The notes beneath the pieces are model-generated. The model did no database searches. It was not told the DNA's origin and saw only the letters and a list, made by a program, of their open reading frames with translations. A stretch of 64,000 nucleotides of DNA from Hydrurus foetidus. Taxonomy: Eukaryota. The DNA is taken from the NCBI GenBank assembly GCA_900617105.1, contig UYFQ01000858.1, forward strand, positions 1-64,000, given 5' to 3'. Of the stretch, positions 26,563-36,817 are shown one piece after another. Made by a program: the position numbers and the translations under genes. How positions within the stretch are numbered: the first letter of the stretch is position 1; each line of letters opens with the position of its first letter.

Positions 26563-28194
26563 TTACATTACTGAAGTACTGTTTTTCGCAACGTAAACAA
26601 ATCCTATATCCAGCAATAGGTTTCGTCTATCTGCGTAACTTTTACCATTCCGAATGCTATTAACTAATATTCCCAGTTTCATTCCCCACGTTTCTTCCGG
26701 CCATTCGACTGTTGAGGGAACACTAAAACTTCTCGGCACTAACATGTGTCCCTCTCTGTCTCTAAAAGTCTTCAAAGCAGTGCAAACAGATGAGAACGTA
26801 AACGCTCTCTTTGACTGGTGCTTGTAATCAAACCCAAGGGCTATGAGTTCCTCCCTCCTGTCCGCATAACTCAAACCTTGCCGTATGCTATCCACTAGAG
26901 TGCCTAATTTCATGCCCCATGTTTCACGAGGCCATTCTATGCTGTCACTGGGTACAACGAATTTCTGTGGTACTCTCAGACAGCCATATTGATTTTTATA
27001 CAGCAGAAGTGCAGTTTTGGCAATATTGAATTTGGCTGCTGATGCATTGAAGCTGAATCCGATTCGAAGCAATTCCTGATGTCTATTCGCATAGTGACCG
27101 TTTCTTATCTTAGTAACTATCGATCCTAACTTCAATCCCCACGTTTCAACAGGCCAATCAAGCGTTTCAGATGGAACTACAAATCTTGTAGGAACCAACA
27201 TATGACCATTCAAATTCTTGAAATTCACTAAAGCTTGCATAGCTATGTTGAATTTTAAATCAGCCTGGTCAAGAACTATTCCTTTACTTACGAATTCTTC
27301 TTTTCTGTCAGCGTAACCTCCACTTTTAACTCTCACCACAACACTTCCTAAATGCATGCCCCACAACTCTTCAGGCCACTCATCTGTATTCTCAGGCACG
27401 ACGAATGAAAGAGGTACAATAGAGTTACCGTTAAGCTCCTTGAATTTTAGCAGAGCTCGCAGGACCAGTCCGGATTCATAGTCATGACGGGACTCGAAAT
27501 AGAATCCAATTTTTATCAAGTCTTCTCGTTTGTCCACGTAGCTTGCCCCTCGCTTGATGTTGTAAACAATCTCTCCAAGTCTTATTCCTAACGTTTCCCT
27601 CGGCCATTCTTTACTTGCATTCGGGACTGTGAAACGTCTCGGAACCATCATGGTCCCGTTTTCTTTCGCGTAGTGAACAAGTGCTACCTTAATGGCTTCG
27701 TAACGCGCCTGCGCCACACCAAAATAGAAACCGATGCTCGATAAATCATCTCGTTTATCAATATAGCTGATACCTCTCCTGATATTGTTTACAACGTCAC
27801 CGAGTTTCATTGCCCACATTTCTTCGGGCCATTGGTCATCTTGACCTGGTACGACAAACCGTCGGGGAACCATCATATCGTTGTACAGCTCCTTATATCT
27901 GATTAGTGAACGTCGGACGAAAAGGTACTTGTTAATATACCGTTGGCTCTGATTCCTTTTCCTCCCCACCTCGCCGTTGTAGGATAACTCGCCTGTTGAT
28001 GGCGCATTTGATGCCAGGGATTCTGACAGAGCCATTTCATTGTCCCAAACTCTAATTGCTGCAAAGGCTATTGAGCGCTGGCAACAATACGATCTTAGCC
28101 TCCTGCCAGGAGTTGTCATGATGGCATCGACCAAGTATAAAAGGAAGCAGTGTCGTAGCAAGGCGATCATCACTCCTATAGGTGATAACTTCAT
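26563..28194 (-). CDS. Helicase-associated (HA) domain repeat protein, six ~75-aa repeats, hydrophobic N-terminus
   Basis: Single ORF (first ATG ~28194); six repeats of AL..YK..NG.M.VP.RF.VP.....WP.E.WGMKLG..V..IR.G..Y.D.R..L..IGF, matching the stramenopile HA-repeat pattern. Confidence 0.85.
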   Translation of the reverse strand: MKLSPIGVMIALLRHCFLLYLVDAIMTTPGRRLRSYCCQRSIAFAAIRVWDNEMALSESLASNAPSTGELSYNGEVGRKRNQSQRYINKYLFVRRSLIRYKELYNDMMVPRRFVVPGQDDQWPEEMWAMKLGDVVNNIRRGISYIDKRDDLSSIGFYFGVAQARYEAIKVALVHYAKENGTMMVPRRFTVPNASKEWPRETLGIRLGEIVYNIKRGASYVDKREDLIKIGFYFESRHDYESGLVLRALLKFKELNGNSIVPLSFVVPENTDEWPEELWGMHLGSVVVRVKSGGYADRKEEFVSKGIVLDQADLKFNIAMQALVNFKNLNGHMLVPTRFVVPSETLDWPVETWGLKLGSIVTKIRNGHYANRHQELLRIGFSFNASAAKFNIAKTALLLYKNQYGCLRVPQKFVVPSDSIEWPRETWGMKLGTLVDSIRQGLSYADRREELIALGFDYKHQSKRAFTFSSVCTALKTFRDREGHMLVPRSFSVPSTVEWPEETWGMKLGILVNSIRNGKSYADRRNLLLDIGFVYVAKNSTSVM

Positions 28195-28403
28195 TGGCAA
28201 TCACTAGAAGCATTGCAGTATGCGTTGTTTTCGCACGAATTTAGCAAGTTTTGCACAAGCATGCTGAAAGCTACTTCTGCAAGCAGAGGAAAACCCTGCA
28301 ACAGTTTTCTTCAGATCTCTCTACTATTTATCTTGGCAATGTAACAGAATCTTGATCTTCACTCTTCACTGTGATCAAATCAAATCTGGAATCGATTCGG
28401 AAG

Positions 28404-28737
28404 TGTTGGATATATCTGAGTTCATGACACGAACACATTGAGTGTACTTATGCATCCGTACGGTGTACGGGTTAATTTGTGTGTGTATGCACGTACGTGC
28501 TTGTGTTGCGAAGATGTATGGACCTGAACAATGACCGTGCTTCTATGGTAGCGAAGAGTTTGAATTTGTTTCTGGGTGAAATCGACTCGTTGCTTTCTGT
28601 GGATGAGAAGCACAGTCGAATTAACAAGTGATCATCGATACTATCAATCCCATTTCACGAGTCTTGATAACTGAGCCAGTGTCCTCAAGGTCCACGTTCC
28701 GTCCGAGCAGAGTCCGGAATTCAAAGGTTCTTCAACA
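28404..28737 (+). repeat. 5' LTR of Copia element
   Basis: tgttggatat...ttcttcaaca; direct repeat of 33613-33946. Confidence 0.98.
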
Positions 28738-28749
28738 TAATTCGACTGT
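28738..28749 (+). promoter_or_regulatory. Non-tRNA primer-binding site complementary to LTR-internal 28612-28623 (putative self-priming)
   Basis: TAATTCGACTGT is the exact reverse complement of ACAGTCGAATTA at 28612-28623; no TGG start. Confidence 0.8.
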
Positions 28750-28761
28750 CGAGGCATTGAC

Positions 28762-31700
28762 ATGCCACCCAAACGCGCAGTTGAAGCAATGAAAAGCACT
28801 GAGGAGTGCATTCTTCAAATCGGCAAGTTTAACAATATTATCAAGTGGCGAGAAAGCATGCAGACTATAGTCACAGAACTATACGGCATACTAGGGATGT
28901 TCTTCACGACGAACGTGAGATACGAACAACCTCGCACAACAATTAAATATCCAGAGGATTCCGAATCAGAAGATTCGACATCAGAATCGGAGATAGAGGC
29001 CCGCCCGGCCATATCCCCTGAAGTACGTGCGGCGTACCTTGAGGGCAAACCTGCGCGCGACGCGGCGAGAGAGATTCGCAATGAGAGACGCCGCAGAAGT
29101 AACGATCGCTCGAGAGCCAAATACAAAGAGGAAGATTACCTTCAAAGAAAGCGCGACATAAAAGCGCAGAAGGAACACGAACGGACTATTTTCCCGATGA
29201 TGTGGAAACGTATGTCTACGGACTCACAGAGTCGCGTTAGAGAGGAGGAAGGCTATCGCACGGCATACCTCACACTGGACTGTGTGTTACTCTGGACACT
29301 CATCAGAAGAACACACCTCACCCACATGTTCGGGGATACAGACCCCATGAAGGAGATAAATCAGCACGAACAGGAGAGTAAGTACGGCATGATGAGACAG
29401 GGAGAGAGGGAACTGATCACTACATTCAAGGCGAGGTTCGATGAGCAGATCCTAGCCAACGATGCAGTTGGAGTAGCGAAGATCACAGACACACTCCGCG
29501 CACTAGACTTCATCGGGAAGTTAGACCCGAAACGCTACAGACGTATGATGACGGAGATGCGAAACGATGCACTCAGGCAGAAGCCGGACGCGTACCCAAA
29601 GTCCCTAGCATCGGCATTCAGGATAGCGTCACAGTGGCGCACCGATGGTAGTTCACCGATGGCACCCACACCCCCAGGGGCATCCGCCTTCGTAACTGAG
29701 GAAGTCCACGTCACCGCATCGAAGGATACCGAGAAGCGAGCCGGGAAGACCGGAGGGTACAAGAAGAAACAGTTAGCAGACATAGACTGTTACGCGTGCG
29801 AAGGGAAGGGGCACTATGCTAAGAACTGCCCCAACAGAAAACCGTCGGCTGAGAAAGTCCACGTCACAAAATCTGAACCAGACAGCGAAGAGGAGAGTGA
29901 TCGAGATGACTGGGGGGTTGCACTCATCACAGCAAGTGAAATGTGCATGTTCTCTCGGTACGAAGTACTGCTCGATAACGAAGCATCGTTAAACATCTTC
30001 AGCAATAGAGATCTACTCACCGACGTCAGACAAGCAGTTCAGCCGATCAAAGTAAGCGGGATACAATTAGGCGGAGGCGTCGACGTCGACAGAGAAGGAG
30101 ACTTCGGCGAATTTGGAACGGTGTTTTACAGCGGCGATGCTTCAGCCAACATCCTATCCTTCGCGGCACAAGTGGATGCAGGAGCAATCATCAGATATGA
30201 CCATCTACAAGACTGTTTCACGCTACAGCCGAAGGGGAGCATGAGAGTATATAGATTCGGGCGAAAGTCTATCCCAGGAAGCGGAGGACGATTCTACTCA
30301 TGCGATTGGAGAAGCGTCGACGTCGAGACTGCCATGGTGACAACAGTCGAGCAGAACTTACGTGCATTTACAAAACGTGAGATCGAGAGAGCACGAGCAG
30401 CGAGGGAACTCATGGCGCGAATGGGATTCCCTTCAGTGGCGATGGCGATGTCAATAGTAAACTCCGGGAGTAATTTTGATATATCATCGAGAGACTTTCA
30501 AGTCGCTGAGGCGATATGGGGAAGAGACATGGCATCCTTGAAGGGCAAAACGACGAAGCGAGCTACTGTAGCTGCAGATATCACGATCAAAGCTAAGATT
30601 GTTCAGCAGGAACAGGTGCTAGCGATTGACATTATGTTTATCGACAAAATTGCTATTCTAATAGGCGTGGCTACTCCGTTAGGTCTGACTATAGCATACA
30701 GTCTCAACAACGTCGTGCTCAAGAAGTCAAGTCGAGCTGTAGAGCATGTCAGGAAAGGAATTGCCCACTTCCTCGGCGTGCTGGGATCGCAGGGATTTAA
30801 GACATCTGTTATCATGAGCGATGGAGAGGGCGCAGTGGTGGCACTGGTGGACGAGCTTGGGAAACTGGGAGTGGAAGTCGACATCAGCGGAGCAGGAGGA
30901 CATGTAGCTAGAGTTGAGAGGAGAATACGTGTTATTAAGGAAAGACTTCGAGCTACCGTATCACACCACTTACCTTTTACTTTGTCGAGTGTGGGCATCG
31001 TGATGTGCGTACTGTACGTAGTCTCACGGTTAAATTTCGAACCATACGGTGAACGAGAATGGGGTCCTAGCCCAAGAGAAGCTTTCATAGGTAGAAAGCC
31101 AGATGGTAAAAGAGACTTCAGATGTGCATTTGGAGACTATGTACAGTGCACAGTGGCCAATACAGAGTCGACTCTCAGATCTCGCACAGAAGACTGTGTA
31201 GTTATGCTGCCGCTTGGAAACCGTACGGGTACGGTGAGGATGTTGTCTTTAACTACCGGAAAGCTAGTGAACCGAGATCAATTTATAATCATGCCAATGC
31301 CTGAATCAGTTATTAAAAGATTGAATGCGCTCGCACTAGCAGATGGAAGGGTGATGGGAAAGAGTGAATTGGTGGGAACCGATAACATCAATGAAACAGT
31401 CAACGGTAAAACAGAGGGGTTACCAGAGACGATAGAAACAACCATAAATGAGGGTGTAGACCCATCGATTACACTACTGGATGCGAATTACAACCCTGAG
31501 TTGGTATACGAAGAAGCCGGCGACCAGATCGATGAGACTCAACTCGACGAGCCGCATGCGGAAGAGTCCGGACTCGCAGATGATATGATTCCACCACAAA
31601 CAGTACGATTCGAACCGAAGGAAGTAGCGATGGATGACTTGATGACCAGCTTCAGAAAGTTGGCAGTTGGACTACCTCACACAGTATCGGCCGAGACTGT

Positions 31701-33546
31701 CGATGAGCAGGGTGTACCGGAGGACTACGGCGAGAACGGTGCAATCGACATGGGAGCGACAGAGGAACCAGTTACAGTGACCTCTACACCCAACACTTAC
31801 TCAGCATACGGACACAGGGTAGTCCCAAGAGCGGATCTGATGGATATGTTCAGAGGAGACAAACAGACCGCAGCACTACTCACTAGGAACTATGACTCAG
31901 CAGGAGGAGATTGGGGTGAATATGTGATGAACATTTCAGTAAACGAAGCACTGAGGACAAGGGGAAAGGATGCAGAGACAGTGATACAAAAGGAGTTAGG
32001 ACAGATGATCGAGAAGAAAGTCTGGACTCCCGTAGACATTCGAGGCCTGTCGCACGGAGAGAAAGCTCGCATCATACGGTCAAGTATGTTCTTGAAGGAG
32101 AAATTCTTGGCTAGTGGTGAGTTCGAAAAGTTGAAAGCGAGATTAGTTGCAGGAGGAGATCAACAGGACAAGACATTGTATGATGATTTGTCAGCTCCTA
32201 CTGTTGGGACCAGCTGCGTATTCACCCTGTTGTGCATCGCAGCTCACGAAGGTCGGAAGGTCACTGTGGTAGATATTAGCGGGGCATACTTGAACGCAGA
32301 CATGAACACTGGGCTAACAGTTCATATGCGATTAGACAAGAGCATGACAGGCATGATGGTGAAGCTGTCACCACAGTACGAGAAGTACATGGACGCCAGA
32401 GGATGTGTTGTGGTGAGGTTGGACAAAGCGCTGTACGGATGCGTGGAGTCAGCAGCACTGTGGTATGAGAACCTCAGGGAGAGCCTGAAGAAACTTGGAT
32501 ACACACCGAACGCTATAGACACATGCGTATTCAATAAGCGCAACGAGAACGGCGTACAATGCACTATCGCTGTGCACGTGGACGACTTAATGATTACTAG
32601 CACAGACTCAGACATGATCGAGTCGCTCGCTGTAGGGCTGGCGAAGAGATACGGAGATATCACTCGCAAGGACGGCCCGATCGTGAACTACCTAGGAATG
32701 GTGTTCGACCTGACTGTACGTGGAGTAGCTAAGGTGACGATGACGGGGTATGTAGATGACATGCTGAAAGAAGTGGGGACGAGCAAGGGAGCGCGTACCC
32801 CGGCGACAGAGGGTCTCTTTGAGGTGAGACCGGATGCACTCACGGTGAGTGAGGGACTGAGGGTGATGTTTCACAGACATGTGGCTAAGATGCTATACCT
32901 GGCGAAGCGAGCCAGACCGGACTGTCTGACTGCGGTCGCATTTCTTGCCACGAGAGTGACCAAGTGTACAGTTGACGACCTAGCGAAGCTCGATCGCCTT
33001 ATGAGATACGTATGGGCGACTCGGGAGAGAGGAATAGTGTTTACACCTGGAGCGTCAGGGATTGTTGTGAGTGTCCTTATTGATGCAGCATATGGAGTGC
33101 ACGCAGACGGGAGGTCCCATACGGGGAGCTGCATCGTAGTGGGCGATAGAGGAGCAGTTCACTGCAAATCTTCCAAGCAACAGATTGTAACGAAGTCGAG
33201 CACGGAAGCTGAGCTGGTGGCTCTGTCCGACTCCGCGAATCAGGCACTTCACGTGAGAAGCTTCATCATCGCACAAGGACACGTGTGTGGCCCTGTCATC
33301 ATACACCAAGACAACATGTCCTGCATGGCGCTCATCGACCGAGGACGGTCAGGAGCAGAGCGCACGAGACACATCTCAATCAAGTATTTCTGGTTGAAAG
33401 AGAGGGTGGATATGGGTGAGGCGAAGGTGAAGCACCTCGGGACAAAGGACATGTATGCGAACATGTTGACGAAGCCACTCCAGGGAGCACAGTTCAAGAC
33501 GGAGAGAAAGGGCGTCACAGGGTGGCCGGACAAAGATTTAGAATAG
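28762..33546 (+). CDS. Copia gag-pol polyprotein (1594 aa)
   Basis: Zn knuckle CYACEGKGHYAKNC; protease LLDNEAS; integrase DIMF/SDGE/VERRIR; RT KARLVAGG, DISGAYL, KALYG, HVDD; RNase H DAAY, SSTEAELVA, QDN, ANMLTKPL. Confidence 0.97.
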   Translation: MPPKRAVEAMKSTEECILQIGKFNNIIKWRESMQTIVTELYGILGMFFTTNVRYEQPRTTIKYPEDSESEDSTSESEIEARPAISPEVRAAYLEGKPARDAAREIRNERRRRSNDRSRAKYKEEDYLQRKRDIKAQKEHERTIFPMMWKRMSTDSQSRVREEEGYRTAYLTLDCVLLWTLIRRTHLTHMFGDTDPMKEINQHEQESKYGMMRQGERELITTFKARFDEQILANDAVGVAKITDTLRALDFIGKLDPKRYRRMMTEMRNDALRQKPDAYPKSLASAFRIASQWRTDGSSPMAPTPPGASAFVTEEVHVTASKDTEKRAGKTGGYKKKQLADIDCYACEGKGHYAKNCPNRKPSAEKVHVTKSEPDSEEESDRDDWGVALITASEMCMFSRYEVLLDNEASLNIFSNRDLLTDVRQAVQPIKVSGIQLGGGVDVDREGDFGEFGTVFYSGDASANILSFAAQVDAGAIIRYDHLQDCFTLQPKGSMRVYRFGRKSIPGSGGRFYSCDWRSVDVETAMVTTVEQNLRAFTKREIERARAARELMARMGFPSVAMAMSIVNSGSNFDISSRDFQVAEAIWGRDMASLKGKTTKRATVAADITIKAKIVQQEQVLAIDIMFIDKIAILIGVATPLGLTIAYSLNNVVLKKSSRAVEHVRKGIAHFLGVLGSQGFKTSVIMSDGEGAVVALVDELGKLGVEVDISGAGGHVARVERRIRVIKERLRATVSHHLPFTLSSVGIVMCVLYVVSRLNFEPYGEREWGPSPREAFIGRKPDGKRDFRCAFGDYVQCTVANTESTLRSRTEDCVVMLPLGNRTGTVRMLSLTTGKLVNRDQFIIMPMPESVIKRLNALALADGRVMGKSELVGTDNINETVNGKTEGLPETIETTINEGVDPSITLLDANYNPELVYEEAGDQIDETQLDEPHAEESGLADDMIPPQTVRFEPKEVAMDDLMTSFRKLAVGLPHTVSAETVDEQGVPEDYGENGAIDMGATEEPVTVTSTPNTYSAYGHRVVPRADLMDMFRGDKQTAALLTRNYDSAGGDWGEYVMNISVNEALRTRGKDAETVIQKELGQMIEKKVWTPVDIRGLSHGEKARIIRSSMFLKEKFLASGEFEKLKARLVAGGDQQDKTLYDDLSAPTVGTSCVFTLLCIAAHEGRKVTVVDISGAYLNADMNTGLTVHMRLDKSMTGMMVKLSPQYEKYMDARGCVVVRLDKALYGCVESAALWYENLRESLKKLGYTPNAIDTCVFNKRNENGVQCTIAVHVDDLMITSTDSDMIESLAVGLAKRYGDITRKDGPIVNYLGMVFDLTVRGVAKVTMTGYVDDMLKEVGTSKGARTPATEGLFEVRPDALTVSEGLRVMFHRHVAKMLYLAKRARPDCLTAVAFLATRVTKCTVDDLAKLDRLMRYVWATRERGIVFTPGASGIVVSVLIDAAYGVHADGRSHTGSCIVVGDRGAVHCKSSKQQIVTKSSTEAELVALSDSANQALHVRSFIIAQGHVCGPVIIHQDNMSCMALIDRGRSGAERTRHISIKYFWLKERVDMGEAKVKHLGTKDMYANMLTKPLQGAQFKTERKGVTGWPDKDLE

Positions 33547-33612
33547 AATATTATTCCATAACAATATGCTAGTTTAGTTATTGCGTACAAATGAGTCGTA
33601 GCATGAAGGGTG

Positions 33613-33946
33613 TGTTGGATATATCTGAGTTCATGACACGAACACATTGAGTGTACTTATGCATCCGTACGGTGTACGGGTTAATTTGTGTGTGTATGCA
33701 CGTACGTGCTTGTGTTGCGAAGATGTATGGACCTGAACAATGACCGTGCTTCTATGGTAGCGAAGAGTTTGAATTTGTTTCTGGGTGAAATCGACTCGTT
33801 GCTTTCTGTGGATGAGAAGCACAGTCGAATTAACAAGTGATCATCGATACTATCAATCCCATTTCACGAGTCTTGATAACTGAGCCAGTGTCCTCAAGGT
33901 CCACGTTCCGTCCGAGCAGAGTCCGGAATTCAAAGGTTCTTCAACA
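33613..33946 (+). repeat. 3' LTR of Copia element
   Basis: Direct repeat of the 5' LTR, followed by TSD GGAAG. Confidence 0.98.
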
Positions 33947-34267
33947 GGAAGAATTTCGGAAGATGGATGGCCGTGTATGACGGCAGTTGCGGCTAAGTAC
34001 CTTACACGGTTGGTCGCATTGTGAATTGTGAATGTATACTGTTCGAACATCTGGCCGGGTATCCCGTATCCCGGTATACTGTACCAAGCAATAGAACCCT
34101 CAGTCCTCAGTTAATTTTAAAAAACAATTCTTCTTCAAATTCAAATTATTACAACCCATGTTACATGTTACACATTCTACAACTGTCCCGTTGAAGGATC
34201 TCCTCGTGTTGATGTCATTCTATGAAAATAAATTCGGGGAAGTGGAGATTATTTTCGATACTTCAGG

Positions 34268-36817
34268 ATGAAAAAGAAACATTGCAAGTCAACGCAGTTA
34301 AATAGATTTGTGGACATGATGATAATGTTACTTTTAGTATCAATGGTTGGTTCTACTTCTACAATATTGATGGAAGGATTTTCACCTACCTATTGCATTG
34401 ATCCATTTATCAAGGAAATTGTGGGGAAGCGAGCATCAAAATGCTTTTTCGGTGGATCAGCTCTGAGCGAACTCGCCTACTTGAGAAATTTATCAGCATC
34501 GGATTATCAACGTTCTCACGAGCTACTTGCCTACCAATATTTTATTAATGACACTTCAAACATTCACCGTCGATCCTGCGCTGATGCTGATTTCGAATAC
34601 ATTCCCATGCTGCCGATTTCATGGAGATCTGGGTATCCCACTTCAACGAGATGTACTGCTGGAGGATTCTGCCCTCAGACAGAAGTCATAGGAGATGCTA
34701 ACTGCTCACTAAAAAGCCTCATCACGGACATTTTGAGCATTGTGTCTCACATCAAAACTTCTCGCGATGAGAACATGAATGAGGGCATTCCTAAGTTCAC
34801 TGTTGCTTCTACTTATAATCTGAAAACAGTTATGGCGTTTGGTCTCGAATCTGCCAAGCGGTCTGGTCCTGTGTATTCCGCGGTGACATCATTTGTCACA
34901 AGCCTCTCTATCGGTAAATCTCCAAAAAGCATCAATTCGCAATTTCCGTTTGATTTGAGTTCGTGAAATTGAGAAAGTCTGAAACATTCTATCTTTTGCA
35001 AATAGAATATAGAATATATACAGCCAAAACAGAATAAAATGTCCCAGAATATACACAAATCCAATGCAAAAATGATGGTTACAACCTTGCTCAAACATGA
35101 GTCCAGACTGCATTTCGCACATTTTATGCTGTTTTGGTAATATATTATCTTTCTCGTACTCTTTCTCTTTTTGTTTCTCATTTTGTTCCTGTTCCTGTTC
35201 CTGTTTCTTTTCGTTCCTGCAGGTCATTACGAAAGACAGCCTCAGTGTACTGACGTGCTCCGTAAATCTTGGAAACAGATAGTTGAGATTCCTTTTGTGT
35301 CACTGCTTGAGGAGTCAATCGGAAGGGGGACGAGGTTGCTAAATCGGAATGCAGAACATTCCCAGAAGAACGAAGAATATTCTTCGTCTTTATCATTGTC
35401 AGTGAGTGAGAGTGAGGGTGAGGGTGCTAATAGAACGACAACTTTTTATTTTGGAGGTAGGTTGCTCTTGTGGCTGCCTGAGCGGGTGTGCAGTATACGC
35501 CACGTCATCGCCACTGCACTACCATCCCGCACAGACACAGTAGTGCTGAACATTTCCGAGAGTCAGGCGTACGGCCCTGTTAGGGGGGAAGCCCTGGGGT
35601 ATCTCTTCAGGAGTGTGTTCTGTTTGGTGGCTAGGACAGACAGCTACTCCTCTGCTTCCTTCTATGACGCGCTTCACGCTGGATGCATCCCAATCGTTAT
35701 CAGGTGAAACACCACAGAGCAAAACAGAATTATATGTCTGAGAACGCGAACGAATCTAAGATTGTAACAAAATTGTGATTTCAACATTGTTCAAACTTAT
35801 TTGCAGTCTCTTTTTTTTTTCTGTTTTACTTTGTTTTCTTCTGTTTTGGTAATACGAAACACACCATCTGTTCTCATTATTCAGAGCAGAGCAACACTGT
35901 CTCACATCGCGACTTATCAATAACGTGCGTACTTACTTTTATTTGAAATCTGCGCAGTGATTGGTATGTGTTCGCTTTTCCTTCTGAAATCCGATACGAG
36001 GAATTCGTGATAAGAGTGGAAGAAGAAGATTTCGTGAAAAATCCCCACACGGTTTTGGATCAAATAAAGACCCTGTACCCTAAGATTCTGCAAAATAAAA
36101 TGAGAGATCGTATGACGTACTGGTTGCAGTATCTTTCGTACGGTACGAGAAGGATTGCAAACAGAGGCAACACAGAGATGGAACTCATACAGACGAACTG
36201 AACAAATACTCAAAATGTTGGCTGTAAGTGGGAGTGAGAGTGATGGGACAACGGTGAAAACATTTGACTACGAGACTGTCGTACCTTTTGAAATGATGCT
36301 TCGAGAAATGAAATTCCATAATCAACAAGTAAAGAAAAAATCGGAAAAAGAGATTTTAAAGTTTAACAAAACAATAGCAACACCGTTAAAATCTCGAACT
36401 GCGATAACTGATAATATAATGAAAATTAAAGGCGAAGATAAAGATGAAGACAAAGAGGAGGATACGAGTGACAGACACTGCTACAGTCCGCACAGCTGTA
36501 CAACACGAGTACGTTCTATGACTTTCCCAAGTCTCAACGAGACAAGAACACACATGTGTGTGCATAAACATCGATTTATGGGAAGGTATAAAATGGTGTT
36601 TTTCATGCAGTGTGTACGTATCATTTGGCCGATAGCTCCCGGTAAAATGAAGCCGGGAGATCTAGTACCTAATGCTCTGAATTTAGACCAACAAATATTC
36701 ATACAAATGTTTCATAATGTCAGCAAGAAAACTACGACTGAGTGGTACAGCAGCTGGGTCACGTACCCTCCTAGCACGAACGGACAAACAGGCACCGTAC
36801 TTACATTATCCACGTAA
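34268..36817 (+). CDS. Exostosin/GT47-family glycosyltransferase-like protein (exons ~34268-34913, 35223-35703, 35958-36137, 36193-36817)
   Basis: N-terminal signal anchor; GT47-type motif SVFCLVARTDSYSSASFYDALHAGCIPIVISDW..FAFPSEIRYEEF; GT-AG introns restore the frame (the last, 55-bp intron is tentative). Confidence 0.8.
35015..35142. mobile_element. MITE family B copy in GT47 intron 1 (a further degenerate copy at ~35715-35855 in intron 2)
   Basis: ccaaaacagaataaaatgtc ... cattttatgctgttttggtaata TIRs; core similar to the 26004 copy. Confidence 0.55.

Larger units (their letters stand above)
28404..33946 (+). mobile_element. Intact Ty1/Copia LTR retrotransposon (5543 bp)
   Basis: 334-bp LTRs at 28404-28737 and 33613-33946 (TG...CA), identical by eye; 5-bp TSD GGAAG at 28399-28403 and 33947-33951; purine tract atgaagggtg at 33603-33612; single gag-pol ORF in PR-IN-RT-RH order. 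Confidence 0.98.

Noticed and set aside
28815..33822. Antisense ORFs within the Copia element, including identical 63-aa ORFs in both LTRs
   Set aside because: Shadow frames of the long sense ORF and LTR duplication; no domain signal
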